Positions 29,781 through 39,880 of a stretch of 64,000 nucleotides of DNA are shown here, in pieces. The DNA comes from a virus. The DNA lies in the IMG/VR virus record IMGVR_UViG_3300020419_000004, one strand, 5' to 3'. Position numbers and translations under genes: made by a program. Within the stretch, counting starts at the first letter, position 1. The number at the start of each line of letters is the position of its first letter. Under the pieces are notes generated by a model. It saw only the letters and a program-made list of their open reading frames with translations. It did not search any database and had not been told where the DNA came from.

Positions 29781-32700
29781 ATGGCACTTACAAGACTAAA
29801 GAACGTCTTTACATCAAAAACTGGACGTTGCCTATATGTCAACTCTGATGATTTTGATGCATCAGACGCATTTGACAATAGAGGTAACTCACCCAACCGT
29901 CCTTTCAAGAGTATACAAAGGGCATTACTGGAAGCTGCACGATTTTCATATCGTAGTGGACAGTACAATGATGCATTCGAGTCATTTAGTATTGTATTAT
30001 ATCCTGGCGACTATTTTATAGACAATAGACCAGGCAGAAATGCATCTGGACAAGCATATGTTGCTTCTGATGTTGCTGAACTATCGGCATCAAGTGACAT
30101 GGATCTCATTGATGGCAGTGGCAATCCTAATCCAAACAATATTTTATACAGATTTAACTCAGTAGAAGGTGGTCTTGTAATCCCTAGGGGTACATCCATC
30201 GTGGGTATGGATCTAAGAAAGACTAAGTTAAGACCGTTATATGTTCCCGATCCTGCAGCTGGTGGTATTGAACCTTCTGCTATCTTCCGTGTAACTGGTG
30301 GATGTTATTTCTGGCAGTTCTCATTCTTTGATGGTCCTTCCACAGGTGTCTACAAGGATCCTGCACAACCAAGTGCATCATCACCTCCAACATATTCTCA
30401 CCATAAACTAACATGTTTTGAGTATGCTGACGGTACAAACATACAGAGTACTGTATTCGATACATCAAGCACAGCTCTAGCAGTAACTGACTTAGACTTA
30501 TACTACCAGAAAGTTGCTAAAGCATTCTCTGATATTCCTGACTCTACCAGTGTATTGACTGCTGATGAACTACAGTCAAGGGTAGAAGAAAACAGAATTG
30601 TAGGTCCGAATACTTCAGGTCCGAAACAAATTTCCAGTATAGTAACTGACTATGTTAACACAAACGTATTTACTACAACAGCTGAGGTTACAACCTCCAC
30701 GCCCCATGGGTTCTCTGTCAATACTCCTGTTCTTGTTAGTGGTGTAACAGGCACTGATGCATCCAGATTCAATGGATCATACTATATCAGTGAGATACCA
30801 ACAACAACTACATTCAGATATATTATTAAAGATCCTAGCACAGGAGCACCATCTGGTAACCCAACTGCAACTGGATCCACTGTTGAAGTAGAAGTTGATA
30901 ACGTAGACAGTTCATCACCATATATCTTTAACATATCCCTACGTTCTACATGGGGTATGCAAGGTATGCACGCTGATGGTAGCAAGTCAACTGGATTCAA
31001 ATCCATGGTTGTTGCCCAGTTTACTGGTGTATCACTACAAAAAGATGACAATGCCTTCATAAAATGGGATGGATCAGCATATATTGCAGGTTCACACACC
31101 GATGGAGACTCTATATACAAGACAGCATATCGTAATTTCCATGTTAAATGCTCTAATGATGCAGTTATCCAAGCTGTTTCTGTTTTCGCTGTTGGTTTTG
31201 CTGATCATTTCGTTGCCCTTACTGGTGGCGACCAGTCGATTACCAACTCTAACTCAAACTTTGGATCCTGTGCATTAAGAGCAAAAGGATTCAAATCAGC
31301 ACCATTCACTCAGGATAAAGCTGGTACAATAACACACATAATACCACCACAAAAGTTAGCACGTACCTATAGTGCTACTACTGGTTATACATGGGCTGTC
31401 ACTCAGGACAACAAAACAGCGACTCCAACGCCAGCCAATGCTACTCATGGTATAACACAGGGATCTTATGTTAGATTTAATACTATTGACAACGAAGAGA
31501 CATATAAGGTTGATGCAGTCAACGGTGGTACTGGAGTCTTAACACTTAACAGAGGTTATAGAGGTAGCACAGCTAATCCTGAATCTGCATTTAAGAGTTC
31601 TGTTAATGAAATTCCTGTTGGTTATGTTGCATGTGACGTGCAGAAGATACAATATAATGCTGATGCAGGTAACCAGACATGGACTGCTAACTCAGGATTT
31701 AATGCCACTATCCAACACAGTTGTATATACAACGGTAACGCATACTATTCAGCTCAGTTGTTAGCTGCATCTGGTACAGTTACATCTGGTACTACTGCAC
31801 CTACACATACATCTGGTACAGTCAGTGATGGAGCAATCACTTGGTCATACATCGGACCTATTAATACTAGACTATATCTTTACGGATATAATTCACAAGC
31901 AACTAAACCTCCATATAAATTACAAGGTTTCAATATTGGTGCAAGAAAGCAAGATGTATTGTATGTTTCATTGATTGAATCATCTGCTACAGTCACTTTC
32001 GCTGCTCTTATATCACCTGATGGTACTGCATCACCTGCTGATAGTGCATTTACTAATGTTACTACACAACAGTATACACCTGGTGATCCAGCCCATCCAC
32101 TACAGTTCGATACTCAGTTAAACACATGGTACGTGAGATGTACTGCTGCTACATCTAGTAGTGCTAGTGTATCATCTACTGGATACAAAGGTATCCACTA
32201 TCATTTGGGTAACGATTCATTCTATGCTAATGCACTATTCACTGGTGCATCATACATGCAACGTGTACCTGACAATAGATCATCAAGAGACAGAACTTAC
32301 AGAGTCAGATACGAAGTAGACAGCTCTCCTTCAGCTCTATCAAGAGAACCTATCAATGGTTACGTTATCCAACCAAGGAACGTACCTACGGGTCAGTCAT
32401 ACGGGGACGTATATTATATCTACGACATTAAAACTGAACAGGAACTGATTAAATCAGTCCAGAACGGTATCTATTATATGACTGTTATCAAGGGTAGTGT
32501 GTCACCTACCAATGGTAATGTCAATACATTTGCATTCTCACAGAACATCAATAACCTATATCCTACGTTGGATAAGGATAACCCAACTGAAGACTCTGGT
32601 GCAGCAACATCTATTGCAAGTAATACTACTGTTGGTCTTGTTACTACAACAGATGGATCTGTTGAGGATAAGTCATTATCAATAACCAAAGAAATTGTCA

Positions 32701-34409
32701 ATGCCTTCATCGTTGAGAATAGAAACGCATATGTAAACTCATCCACTTCAGACAGCTCTGTCTCTGGATACATCACTCTTGAAGCAAGAGATGGTGAGAC
32801 TAGTGAAGTAGACAAGAACAAGAGGATGATACCTGTTAATAGCACAGGTGGTACACAGACAGAACTTAGACGACCTAGTATCCTAAGATCTGGTAACCAC
32901 ACATTTGAATATGTTGGTTTCGGACCAGGTAACTATTCAACTGGTTTACCTTCAGTTCAGAACAGAGTTCTTACTGATGCTGAGACACTACTAGCACAGT
33001 CACAGAAGGAAGACGGTGGTATCGCATTCTACTCTGGACTTAACAGTAATGGTGACCTATTCATTGGTAACACTAGAATATCTGCTGTTACTGGTGAGGA
33101 AGCATCACTTGATACTCCATCACTATCAATCGTTGGTGAGACTGCAAACCTACGTCCTGTATTTGATGAGATCATTATCAGAGACAAGATCACAGTTGAT
33201 GACACTAACCTAGAGTCAGTATTCAAAGGTTTCTTATCAGTCAACCAAGACTTGAACGTATCCAAATCATTATTTGCTGAGGATGTCACAATTACTGGTG
33301 AGAGTGCAGACAACGAAGGAACTAAAAAGTTTGATGTTGTAACTACTGATCCTAATGGTAATACAACTGCTGCTAACAATGGTGACTATGCACTATTAAA
33401 TAACGTCACTCGTGGATCATCCTTAGGTTGGTATTGGAATACATCACAGAATGCATGGGTTAAGATGGGTCTTACCGATACTGGTAACCTTAATATAACT
33501 GGTGGATCTGGTACTGGTGATGCAACTGGTGATGTACAATTTAAGAACGGACTAGGTATTGACATACAGTCAACTGGTACATTAAATGTAAACAGTGGAA
33601 CTACTACACTTGGTGGTGAGTTAGATGTAACAGGTAGCGTTGATATTAATTCAACACAGTCATCTACAACTAACAGCACTGGTGCATTGAAAGTGGATGG
33701 TGGTGTTGGTATTGCCGAGAACCTCAACATGGGTGGTAGTGCTGACATTGATGCTAATCTAACAGTAGCAGGTAACGTAACTTTAGGTACCTCTGGTGCT
33801 AATAACGTCACATTTAATGCTGATATTAATAGTAATCTCCTACCTAATACCACTGGTGCACATAACTTAGGGTCAGTTGGACAGAAATGGGGTACAGTAT
33901 ATGCTGACGCAATCGTTGGTATCACCAATGTTACAGCAAGTATCACAGGTAACGTTACTGGTAATGTATCTGGTTCATCTGGAAGTTGTACTGGTAATGC
34001 TGCTTCGGCAACTGTATTACAGACAGCAAGAAATATTGGTGGTGTATCGTTCAACGGTGGTGCAAGCATTAATCTACCAGGTGTTAACACTGCAGGTAAC
34101 CAGAATACATCTGGAACTGCAACTCAGGCAGACAACATAAATATTGATGAAGCAAACGGTAACACCAACTATCAGGTATCGTTCTCAGCACTGAACAATG
34201 CAGGATACAACAGACAATACATTGATAGTGATGACAGTCATTTAGTGTATAATCCTGGCACTGCTACACTATCTGGATTAAATATTTCAGGTAGCACTAT
34301 AACAGCAAGCACATTTGGTAACTCAAACCAAAACGCATACGGTGCAAGGACAGTATCTACTGGTAACCCTAGTGGTGGATCCGACGGAGACATTTGGTAC
34401 AAGTATTAA
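29781..34409 (+). CDS. Large tail-fibre-like structural protein
   Basis: MALTRL; PFKSIQRAL; RPSILRSGNHTFEYVGFGPGNYST; C-terminal PSGGSDGDIWYKY. Confidence 0.8.
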   Translation: MALTRLKNVFTSKTGRCLYVNSDDFDASDAFDNRGNSPNRPFKSIQRALLEAARFSYRSGQYNDAFESFSIVLYPGDYFIDNRPGRNASGQAYVASDVAELSASSDMDLIDGSGNPNPNNILYRFNSVEGGLVIPRGTSIVGMDLRKTKLRPLYVPDPAAGGIEPSAIFRVTGGCYFWQFSFFDGPSTGVYKDPAQPSASSPPTYSHHKLTCFEYADGTNIQSTVFDTSSTALAVTDLDLYYQKVAKAFSDIPDSTSVLTADELQSRVEENRIVGPNTSGPKQISSIVTDYVNTNVFTTTAEVTTSTPHGFSVNTPVLVSGVTGTDASRFNGSYYISEIPTTTTFRYIIKDPSTGAPSGNPTATGSTVEVEVDNVDSSSPYIFNISLRSTWGMQGMHADGSKSTGFKSMVVAQFTGVSLQKDDNAFIKWDGSAYIAGSHTDGDSIYKTAYRNFHVKCSNDAVIQAVSVFAVGFADHFVALTGGDQSITNSNSNFGSCALRAKGFKSAPFTQDKAGTITHIIPPQKLARTYSATTGYTWAVTQDNKTATPTPANATHGITQGSYVRFNTIDNEETYKVDAVNGGTGVLTLNRGYRGSTANPESAFKSSVNEIPVGYVACDVQKIQYNADAGNQTWTANSGFNATIQHSCIYNGNAYYSAQLLAASGTVTSGTTAPTHTSGTVSDGAITWSYIGPINTRLYLYGYNSQATKPPYKLQGFNIGARKQDVLYVSLIESSATVTFAALISPDGTASPADSAFTNVTTQQYTPGDPAHPLQFDTQLNTWYVRCTAATSSSASVSSTGYKGIHYHLGNDSFYANALFTGASYMQRVPDNRSSRDRTYRVRYEVDSSPSALSREPINGYVIQPRNVPTGQSYGDVYYIYDIKTEQELIKSVQNGIYYMTVIKGSVSPTNGNVNTFAFSQNINNLYPTLDKDNPTEDSGAATSIASNTTVGLVTTTDGSVEDKSLSITKEIVNAFIVENRNAYVNSSTSDSSVSGYITLEARDGETSEVDKNKRMIPVNSTGGTQTELRRPSILRSGNHTFEYVGFGPGNYSTGLPSVQNRVLTDAETLLAQSQKEDGGIAFYSGLNSNGDLFIGNTRISAVTGEEASLDTPSLSIVGETANLRPVFDEIIIRDKITVDDTNLESVFKGFLSVNQDLNVSKSLFAEDVTITGESADNEGTKKFDVVTTDPNGNTTAANNGDYALLNNVTRGSSLGWYWNTSQNAWVKMGLTDTGNLNITGGSGTGDATGDVQFKNGLGIDIQSTGTLNVNSGTTTLGGELDVTGSVDINSTQSSTTNSTGALKVDGGVGIAENLNMGGSADIDANLTVAGNVTLGTSGANNVTFNADINSNLLPNTTGAHNLGSVGQKWGTVYADAIVGITNVTASITGNVTGNVSGSSGSCTGNAASATVLQTARNIGGVSFNGGASINLPGVNTAGNQNTSGTATQADNINIDEANGNTNYQVSFSALNNAGYNRQYIDSDDSHLVYNPGTATLSGLNISGSTITASTFGNSNQNAYGARTVSTGNPSGGSDGDIWYKY

Positions 34410-34412
34410 ATT

Positions 34413-35303
34413 ATGGCAGTCCCTTATAACGATGTAATAGCAGGTTATCTTGACGGACACACACGTATCAAGAAAGATGGCACATGGCAAATCGTAGAAG
34501 ATATTCAAGTAAAACACTCAGGTGCATGGCGAGATACTAAGGCAGTATACGTCAAGTCAGGTGGTTCATGGCGTACAGTCCATGATGGTGAACATTTCTT
34601 ATTCAGTTACTATCAGTCAAGTGATGATGCTAGTGAGTTTAACTTAGCAGCACATATCTCAGGACTAGGATATGGTGGTAACTTAATTAAGGGGTGTGTA
34701 CAAATAAATGCAAAGAGACAGAGAGTACATCTAGGTAGTTTCTCATCCGACTCAAAAGTATTTCTTGGTGTTGCAAATTATGGTAGCATCAAAGGACGTG
34801 GTGGTAATGGTGGATCAGTTCCTAGTCAAAATGGCCAAGGAGGTCAGACTGCAGTATATTCTGGTGGTACACCATTTATTCTCAACAACGGTGGCATCAT
34901 TGCAGGTGGTGGAGGTGGCGGTGGTGCTGGCATCAACGGTCAATGTGTCTATCAGAATACATACTATTACGGTTGTATGAAAGGTGCCCAATGCGATGGC
35001 ACTGACCAACAGTTCTCACAGCAATCAGGCGGTGGGGGAGGTGGCGGTGCTGGCTATCCTGGTGGCACTGGTTACAATGGTGGTCAAAACGGTCAGGAAA
35101 CTGGCGGTGGTGGCGGTGGCGGTAACGGTGGTTGCGGAGCAGAATCTGGTGGTGGAGGTGGAAACCTCGGAGCTGGTGGTGGTAATGCAACTAGTGGTGG
35201 TAACGGTGCTGGTAACGGTATTGGTATCCAAGGTATCAACCACAGATACCAACAAGTAATGACAGGCGACGGTGACATCCGTGGCGGTACAAGTAACACT
35301 TAG
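34413..35303 (+). CDS. Glycine-rich fibre-tip adhesin, gp38-like
   Basis: N-terminal K..G.W repeats; GRGGNGG; NNGGIIAGGGGGGG; follows the fibre gene. Confidence 0.65.
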   Translation: MAVPYNDVIAGYLDGHTRIKKDGTWQIVEDIQVKHSGAWRDTKAVYVKSGGSWRTVHDGEHFLFSYYQSSDDASEFNLAAHISGLGYGGNLIKGCVQINAKRQRVHLGSFSSDSKVFLGVANYGSIKGRGGNGGSVPSQNGQGGQTAVYSGGTPFILNNGGIIAGGGGGGGAGINGQCVYQNTYYYGCMKGAQCDGTDQQFSQQSGGGGGGGAGYPGGTGYNGGQNGQETGGGGGGGNGGCGAESGGGGGNLGAGGGNATSGGNGAGNGIGIQGINHRYQQVMTGDGDIRGGTSNT

Positions 35304-35312
35304 GTTAAAACT

Positions 35313-35786
35313 ATGTCTTTAGAAGATATTGATCCGCAGTTTAGATTAGATGCAGACGTTGCACCACAGTTTAAATGCGAGAACTACAACGCAGAGGATA
35401 GAACCTTTGAAGTATGGTACAACGATGGTACTCTAAACAATGATGAGTGGTATGGTCCTCTTTATATGGATCTAGACTCATTGAAACCAGAGACGGAAGA
35501 ACCATTAAGGTTTCAGATAGGACAGGCAGTCTATGCTGCTGTAAATAATTGCAGACTAGCAGAGTGTGATATGTCTTCAACTACACTGGTATTATCTGGT
35601 ATGCTCGGAACGGTACAGACAGTACCAATGGAAGAGTTGATGAAGCATCAAGAAGCAATGGCGAAGAAGAATATACAGAACGTAGATCCAGTAGTACAGG
35701 CTACTACAGTCGTAAATGTATACAGTGAGGATGATTTCGACGAACAGTTTGAAGCATTGAGTGCTGCATTATCCGAAGAGGAGTAG
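35313..35786 (+). CDS. Hypothetical acidic protein
   Basis: 157 aa ORF. Confidence 0.7.
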   Translation: MSLEDIDPQFRLDADVAPQFKCENYNAEDRTFEVWYNDGTLNNDEWYGPLYMDLDSLKPETEEPLRFQIGQAVYAAVNNCRLAECDMSSTTLVLSGMLGTVQTVPMEELMKHQEAMAKKNIQNVDPVVQATTVVNVYSEDDFDEQFEALSAALSEEE

Positions 35787-35787
35787 C

Positions 35788-36519
35788 ATGACAGGTATCT
35801 ACGCACTTGCAGAGTCCCAAGACGCACGCATTGCTCAGTATACATTTGGTAAGAGCATAGCACAGTTCGGTGTTAGTGTATTCTCATGCAATAATGCACG
35901 CAAAGGCAAGAAAGTGTTCGGCAACGATCCTGACCCAGTGAAGGAGATCATGCTAGAAACACAGGATGATATTATATCTGCACATATAAAGAGTAATCCT
36001 GACGGGAAGGTAGCAGGTTACGAGAAGATTATACGGGAATGTGGTCAGACATATCAAGTACACCACAGAACTGTATCGTTTGGTAGTACATGGAGGAGTG
36101 ACTCAGTCAAGCTATCAGACTATTCATTGCTATATCACGCTAACTCACACACTCACTTCCGTTTTCCTGGTATGAATAGACTGACATCACGAGAGGATGG
36201 AGGCACAGTTGCATGCTCAGGATTTGAAGATCTCAGTGCAACCGCACGTAAGGTGCATATGTTTGAGTCAAGTGACAGCTTTACACCCGCAGGTAATGGT
36301 AGTATAATAGTTCCTATGAAGGACATCTACTATCATAAGAAGAAAGTTTATCAACATTATCCATTCCCAGTATCAGAACTAGATACAGTACAGATCTCAG
36401 TTGATGAACCTACACTGGTCTTGGAATTTATTACAGATCAAGAACCTGATGTTGCAGAATTCACGCAGTCATGGTTAAATCAGATAGAAGAGGGATTAAT
36501 CGAAATCGTAAACAGATAA
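35788..36519 (+). CDS. Hypothetical protein (paralog A)
   Basis: SD GAGGAG before ATG 35788; similar to the next ORF. Confidence 0.7.
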   Translation: MTGIYALAESQDARIAQYTFGKSIAQFGVSVFSCNNARKGKKVFGNDPDPVKEIMLETQDDIISAHIKSNPDGKVAGYEKIIRECGQTYQVHHRTVSFGSTWRSDSVKLSDYSLLYHANSHTHFRFPGMNRLTSREDGGTVACSGFEDLSATARKVHMFESSDSFTPAGNGSIIVPMKDIYYHKKKVYQHYPFPVSELDTVQISVDEPTLVLEFITDQEPDVAEFTQSWLNQIEEGLIEIVNR

Positions 36520-36522
36520 CAA

Positions 36523-37194
36523 ATGAATTGTGATTACACTGTAAGAGATAGTAATAACGATCTCACAGTACTATACTATAAGGGTTGCGGTCAAGGATTT
36601 AAGTTTTTCGGGGATGACCCAGAAGAATACAAGCATCACATCAAGCAAGAACATATTGAGATGGTGCAAGGTATGTTTGAACGGGAGTTGAAGGAGTTAC
36701 CCGTAGACTTCTTGCCCAAATTTTATATGCATAGTCGATGCCTAGTGTTTCCCGATGGTGTATGGATGAGTGAAACAGCAGGTGTTCCACAATATCTCAG
36801 GTATAGGTCAGGAACCAACCTGAGTTTTCGTGTATCTGGTGTCACTCGGTTCACATCATTGACCGAAGATAGTAGTGCTATCTGTATTGGTGCCGATCCT
36901 GGTGCGGATACTATTCCATTGCTACGTAGATTGGTACACAAATGCAGTGGTAGTACACACTTCATGCCACTCAGTACATCATCTATCCTCGTACCAACAG
37001 AGAATTGTACTTACGGAGACCTAAAGATAGACTTAGGACACCCAGTACTTGCCAAACATGAGTTTGATGAGTTAGTATTTGAGAAACCAGGTTACCTTAT
37101 TGAGTTTATGAATGAACCTATGAGTTTGGAAGAAGAGCTTGTAAACTATTGTCATCAATACATATCACAAGACATTGAGGTATTTCAGCGATGA
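36523..37194 (+). CDS. Hypothetical protein (paralog B)
   Basis: 223 aa; similar to the previous ORF. Confidence 0.7.
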   Translation: MNCDYTVRDSNNDLTVLYYKGCGQGFKFFGDDPEEYKHHIKQEHIEMVQGMFERELKELPVDFLPKFYMHSRCLVFPDGVWMSETAGVPQYLRYRSGTNLSFRVSGVTRFTSLTEDSSAICIGADPGADTIPLLRRLVHKCSGSTHFMPLSTSSILVPTENCTYGDLKIDLGHPVLAKHEFDELVFEKPGYLIEFMNEPMSLEEELVNYCHQYISQDIEVFQR

Positions 37195-37517
37195 TGTTTA
37201 TAGAGGATGGACTGTATCCGCAATGGCAGAAGCATTTAGATCATCCACCACTGGAGTATAAGCATCTTGAACGTGATAAGTTTGAAGAGTTACTCGATCT
37301 AATGATAGAAGCACACCCAAATCACGAACTAACGGAGTGGTTGAAGCGTGGTTACGCTATGAATGAGGGAGATAGTACCATAACATTCGCTAGTCTGCAA
37401 GGACATAGAGTATTACAGTGGACTATGAACCATTTTGATGAGGAGGATGCGGAGAGTTATGAAATGATGTTCGGTGAAGAGGAGGAAATGGACTGGGATG
37501 ACGATTGGGACGATTAA
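37191..37517 (+). CDS. Hypothetical acidic protein
   Basis: Coupled ORF, last of the late block. Confidence 0.65.
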   Translation: MMFIEDGLYPQWQKHLDHPPLEYKHLERDKFEELLDLMIEAHPNHELTEWLKRGYAMNEGDSTITFASLQGHRVLQWTMNHFDEEDAESYEMMFGEEEEMDWDDDWDD

Positions 37518-37563
37518 TAAAGTTGCACAATAGCTTGCATATCCGCACAAAATAGACTATAAT
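37506..37563 (+). promoter_or_regulatory. Early promoter with 23-bp palindromic motif
   Basis: TGGGACGAT-N6-AGTTGCAC, then TTGCAT-17 nt-TATAAT. Confidence 0.8.
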
Positions 37564-37588
37564 AAGTACATACACAAACAGGAGACAC

Positions 37589-38074
37589 ATGACAGTAGCA
37601 ACCGCACCTGCAACACTCGAAGAAAGAGTACAAGGTTGGGCTAACGATCTATGTTCAGCACTAGACTTAAACTATAAGAAGCAAGCAATCAGACATCATG
37701 AGAGAGAACTAGCAGATGAGAGATCATATGCGGAGTATCATGAAGAGCAACTAGACAAGATTGCATTTGGTACTGCTAACCTAAACAGATTTGTTGCATA
37801 CACAGGACGTAAGTACATCAAGATCGTTATGCAAGAGTTTGGCAGACACGAGACAGAGTACAAGGACAGCACTGTACATGCATTTATAGATAAGAAGACA
37901 GGTCAGGTGTATATGCCTGCAGGTTATAATGCACCAACAAAGACAGGTAAGTATCCAGTAAGATGGGACTTAAGAATTATCAAGGATAGAGAGTATATCC
38001 TTAATCCAGTAAACTGCACATGGTCTGGTGGTTATCTTTACGATAGATCAACTTTACCTACCAAGTATATCTAA
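37589..38074 (+). CDS. Conserved phage hypothetical protein
   Basis: GRKYIKIV; VHAFIDKKTG.VYMPAG..AP.K; SD AGGAG. Confidence 0.75.
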   Translation: MTVATAPATLEERVQGWANDLCSALDLNYKKQAIRHHERELADERSYAEYHEEQLDKIAFGTANLNRFVAYTGRKYIKIVMQEFGRHETEYKDSTVHAFIDKKTGQVYMPAGYNAPTKTGKYPVRWDLRIIKDREYILNPVNCTWSGGYLYDRSTLPTKYI

Positions 38075-38102
38075 GACCCCACAGGGGGTCTCAGACCCCT
38101 TT
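38074..38102 (+). terminator. Intrinsic terminator with alternative hairpin
   Basis: GGGGTC-TCA-GACCCC then TTT; competing AGACCCC/GGGGTCT. Confidence 0.55.
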
Positions 38103-38114
38103 CAATAGAGAATT

Positions 38115-38372
38115 ATGCCAGTATATAGAGACTACGAGATTAGACTTAACCTCAATGAATTAATAGAACACAGGATACCAACCTGTGATTTGTTGCATCC
38201 AGACCATTGTTTATCTGAAGCACAGGTGGCACAGATAGCACACGATATTAACATGGATTTAGATCTGCATCCAATCTATCATCAGATAGATGATCACATC
38301 ATGCGGTATGTCAAGGCAGCAGGTATTGATAACTCAGAACATTGGGTAGAACCTAAACTCAAAGACCTATGA
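38115..38372 (+). CDS. Hypothetical protein
   Basis: 85 aa ORF. Confidence 0.7.
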   Translation: MPVYRDYEIRLNLNELIEHRIPTCDLLHPDHCLSEAQVAQIAHDINMDLDLHPIYHQIDDHIMRYVKAAGIDNSEHWVEPKLKDL

Positions 38373-38515
38373 AGAAGATACTTGAATACCTAGTCTTGAT
38401 AGGATTTATAGTAGGTTTATGTTTTGTATTTCTATTTGAGGTATTGGATCTCTTTTTGGTGCGACCCATATATCAAAGGTTCTTTAAAAAGAAAAAAAGG
38501 AGGAGAAGGCGATGA
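38369..38515 (+). CDS. 48-aa membrane peptide with polybasic tail (not in ORF track)
   Basis: MKKILEYLVLIGFIVGLCFVFLFEVLDLFLVRPIYQRFFKKKKRRRRR; ATGA overlaps at both ends. Confidence 0.7.
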   Translation: MKKILEYLVLIGFIVGLCFVFLFEVLDLFLVRPIYQRFFKKKKRRRRR

Positions 38516-38709
38516 ATGACATAACAATATTCATATTCGGTCTTAGTTTTGCAGCAGTCACTGGTGCAACATTCGCATTTATGTTTAAGATGACAGGTGC
38601 TGTATTAGAAGACGCGAAGAAACCACGGAGAACAGTGCATCCAGAGATGAAAGAGGTGCAAGATGGTGAAGAACTCCTCGTATTCCGTGCGGAGGACAAG
38701 GACGAGTGA
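38512..38709 (+). CDS. DUF2973-like small membrane protein
   Basis: TM then VHPEM...EELLVFR. Confidence 0.6.
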   Translation: MNDITIFIFGLSFAAVTGATFAFMFKMTGAVLEDAKKPRRTVHPEMKEVQDGEELLVFRAEDKDE

Positions 38710-38909
38710 AGAAGATATGGAAGATATGGAAGTATGCACTCGGATCTTTCCAAGATGAGACAACTAAAGAGTATGATGATATCATATGTTGCATAAGATC
38801 TCTAATTATGCTACAATTGGTTATCACCAACTGTTTCATTATAGGTGGCAACATTCGTCATTGGAATGACCACTATACTAGACCACATTATGAACATATT
38901 CGTAACTGA
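38706..38909 (+). CDS. Conserved cyanophage membrane peptide
   Basis: WKIWKYALGSF.D..T..YD; TNCFIIGGNIRHWND. Confidence 0.7.
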   Translation: MKKIWKIWKYALGSFQDETTKEYDDIICCIRSLIMLQLVITNCFIIGGNIRHWNDHYTRPHYEHIRN

Positions 38910-39387
38910 CGCTGATCCGCATAAGTCTGCACAGGTGTTACCTGACAAGCATATTGTCAAGATGCCACTAGAGACATGTCAAATGTTATCTATTGTTGCA
39001 TCCGAGAAGTGGGGTCATGGTTTCGGCACACTACCTAAGTTAGATGGTACTCCGTACAAAACTGACAAAGGTGCGTTTCGTAATCATCCATGCACCATCT
39101 GGGCACAGACTAACTTCTATTGGTTAATAGAACATGGTCTTGCATTGTGTGCAGAGTATACACACAGGTACAACAAGGTTCATAGTTGTCAGCATACTAT
39201 TGAGTGTGCGGATATTATGTTTCCATCATGCCCACCACCCACATCCTTTACACGTGCTATGCCCGATGAGTTTAAATATGACACAAGCATTGACACTTTT
39301 ACTGCTTACAAGAATTACATTGGCAGCAAACCTTGGGTTGCATCTAATTATTTACGTGACCCATCCCGCAAACCAGATTGGTTATGA
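38890..39387 (+). CDS. Pyrimidine-dimer DNA glycosylase (DenV)-like protein
   Basis: MNIFV...P...A..L.DKHIVKMPLE..QML; HPCTIW. Confidence 0.7.
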   Translation: MNIFVTDADPHKSAQVLPDKHIVKMPLETCQMLSIVASEKWGHGFGTLPKLDGTPYKTDKGAFRNHPCTIWAQTNFYWLIEHGLALCAEYTHRYNKVHSCQHTIECADIMFPSCPPPTSFTRAMPDEFKYDTSIDTFTAYKNYIGSKPWVASNYLRDPSRKPDWL

Positions 39388-39605
39388 GTAGAGTGTATCC
39401 CAACATGAGTGCTAACTTGCAACTCACGTTTACTGAAAGAGAACTAGAGTGTATAAGAGTGTGTCTAGCAAACGCACCATCACCATATGATATTCGGTTG
39501 AAGAAACTTCCGAAAACAATCTTAGATAAGATTGGTGAACCAACACCACTCAAGGGTGAACCATTACCACTCATTGAGTGTGATTTAACAAAATACGATA
39601 GATGA
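39378..39605 (+). CDS. Hypothetical protein
   Basis: Coupled ORF. Confidence 0.6.
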   Translation: MVMSRVYPNMSANLQLTFTERELECIRVCLANAPSPYDIRLKKLPKTILDKIGEPTPLKGEPLPLIECDLTKYDR

Positions 39606-39880
39606 AACTAACACAGGAAATTATTGACCAGATACAGGAAGCAATGCTTCATACCAAGAAAGATGGTAGTATCAACTGGAAAGATGGAGATGAATTGGAA
39701 GTGCAGTTAGCAGGTACGTTTGCTGCTGATAGATTTATTGTCATCAAGAACAAGAGAATGTCTCCTGTTGTGAGTGCAGCACCTCATCCTTACTTTGATT
39801 ATGAGAAGAATGTCTTTACCGAAGATGGTAGAGATAAGTGGATGAAGGATTGGATGAGGGACAATCCTGATGATGAATAA
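39602..39880 (+). CDS. Conserved cyanophage hypothetical protein
   Basis: EVQLAGTFAADRFIVIKN. Confidence 0.7.
   Translation: MKLTQEIIDQIQEAMLHTKKDGSINWKDGDELEVQLAGTFAADRFIVIKNKRMSPVVSAAPHPYFDYEKNVFTEDGRDKWMKDWMRDNPDDE

Noticed and set aside
33386-34090. Long minus-strand ORFs (also 13273..13905, 16059..16673, 17149..17688, 18923..19462, 22047..22619 and those in 58-62 kb)
   Set aside because: Antisense shadows of Gly/Thr/Ala-rich genes with biased codon use; no promoters or motifs
35025-35299. Proline-rich and Thr-rich minus-strand ORFs
   Set aside because: Complement of the GGT/GGC glycine codons of the adhesin
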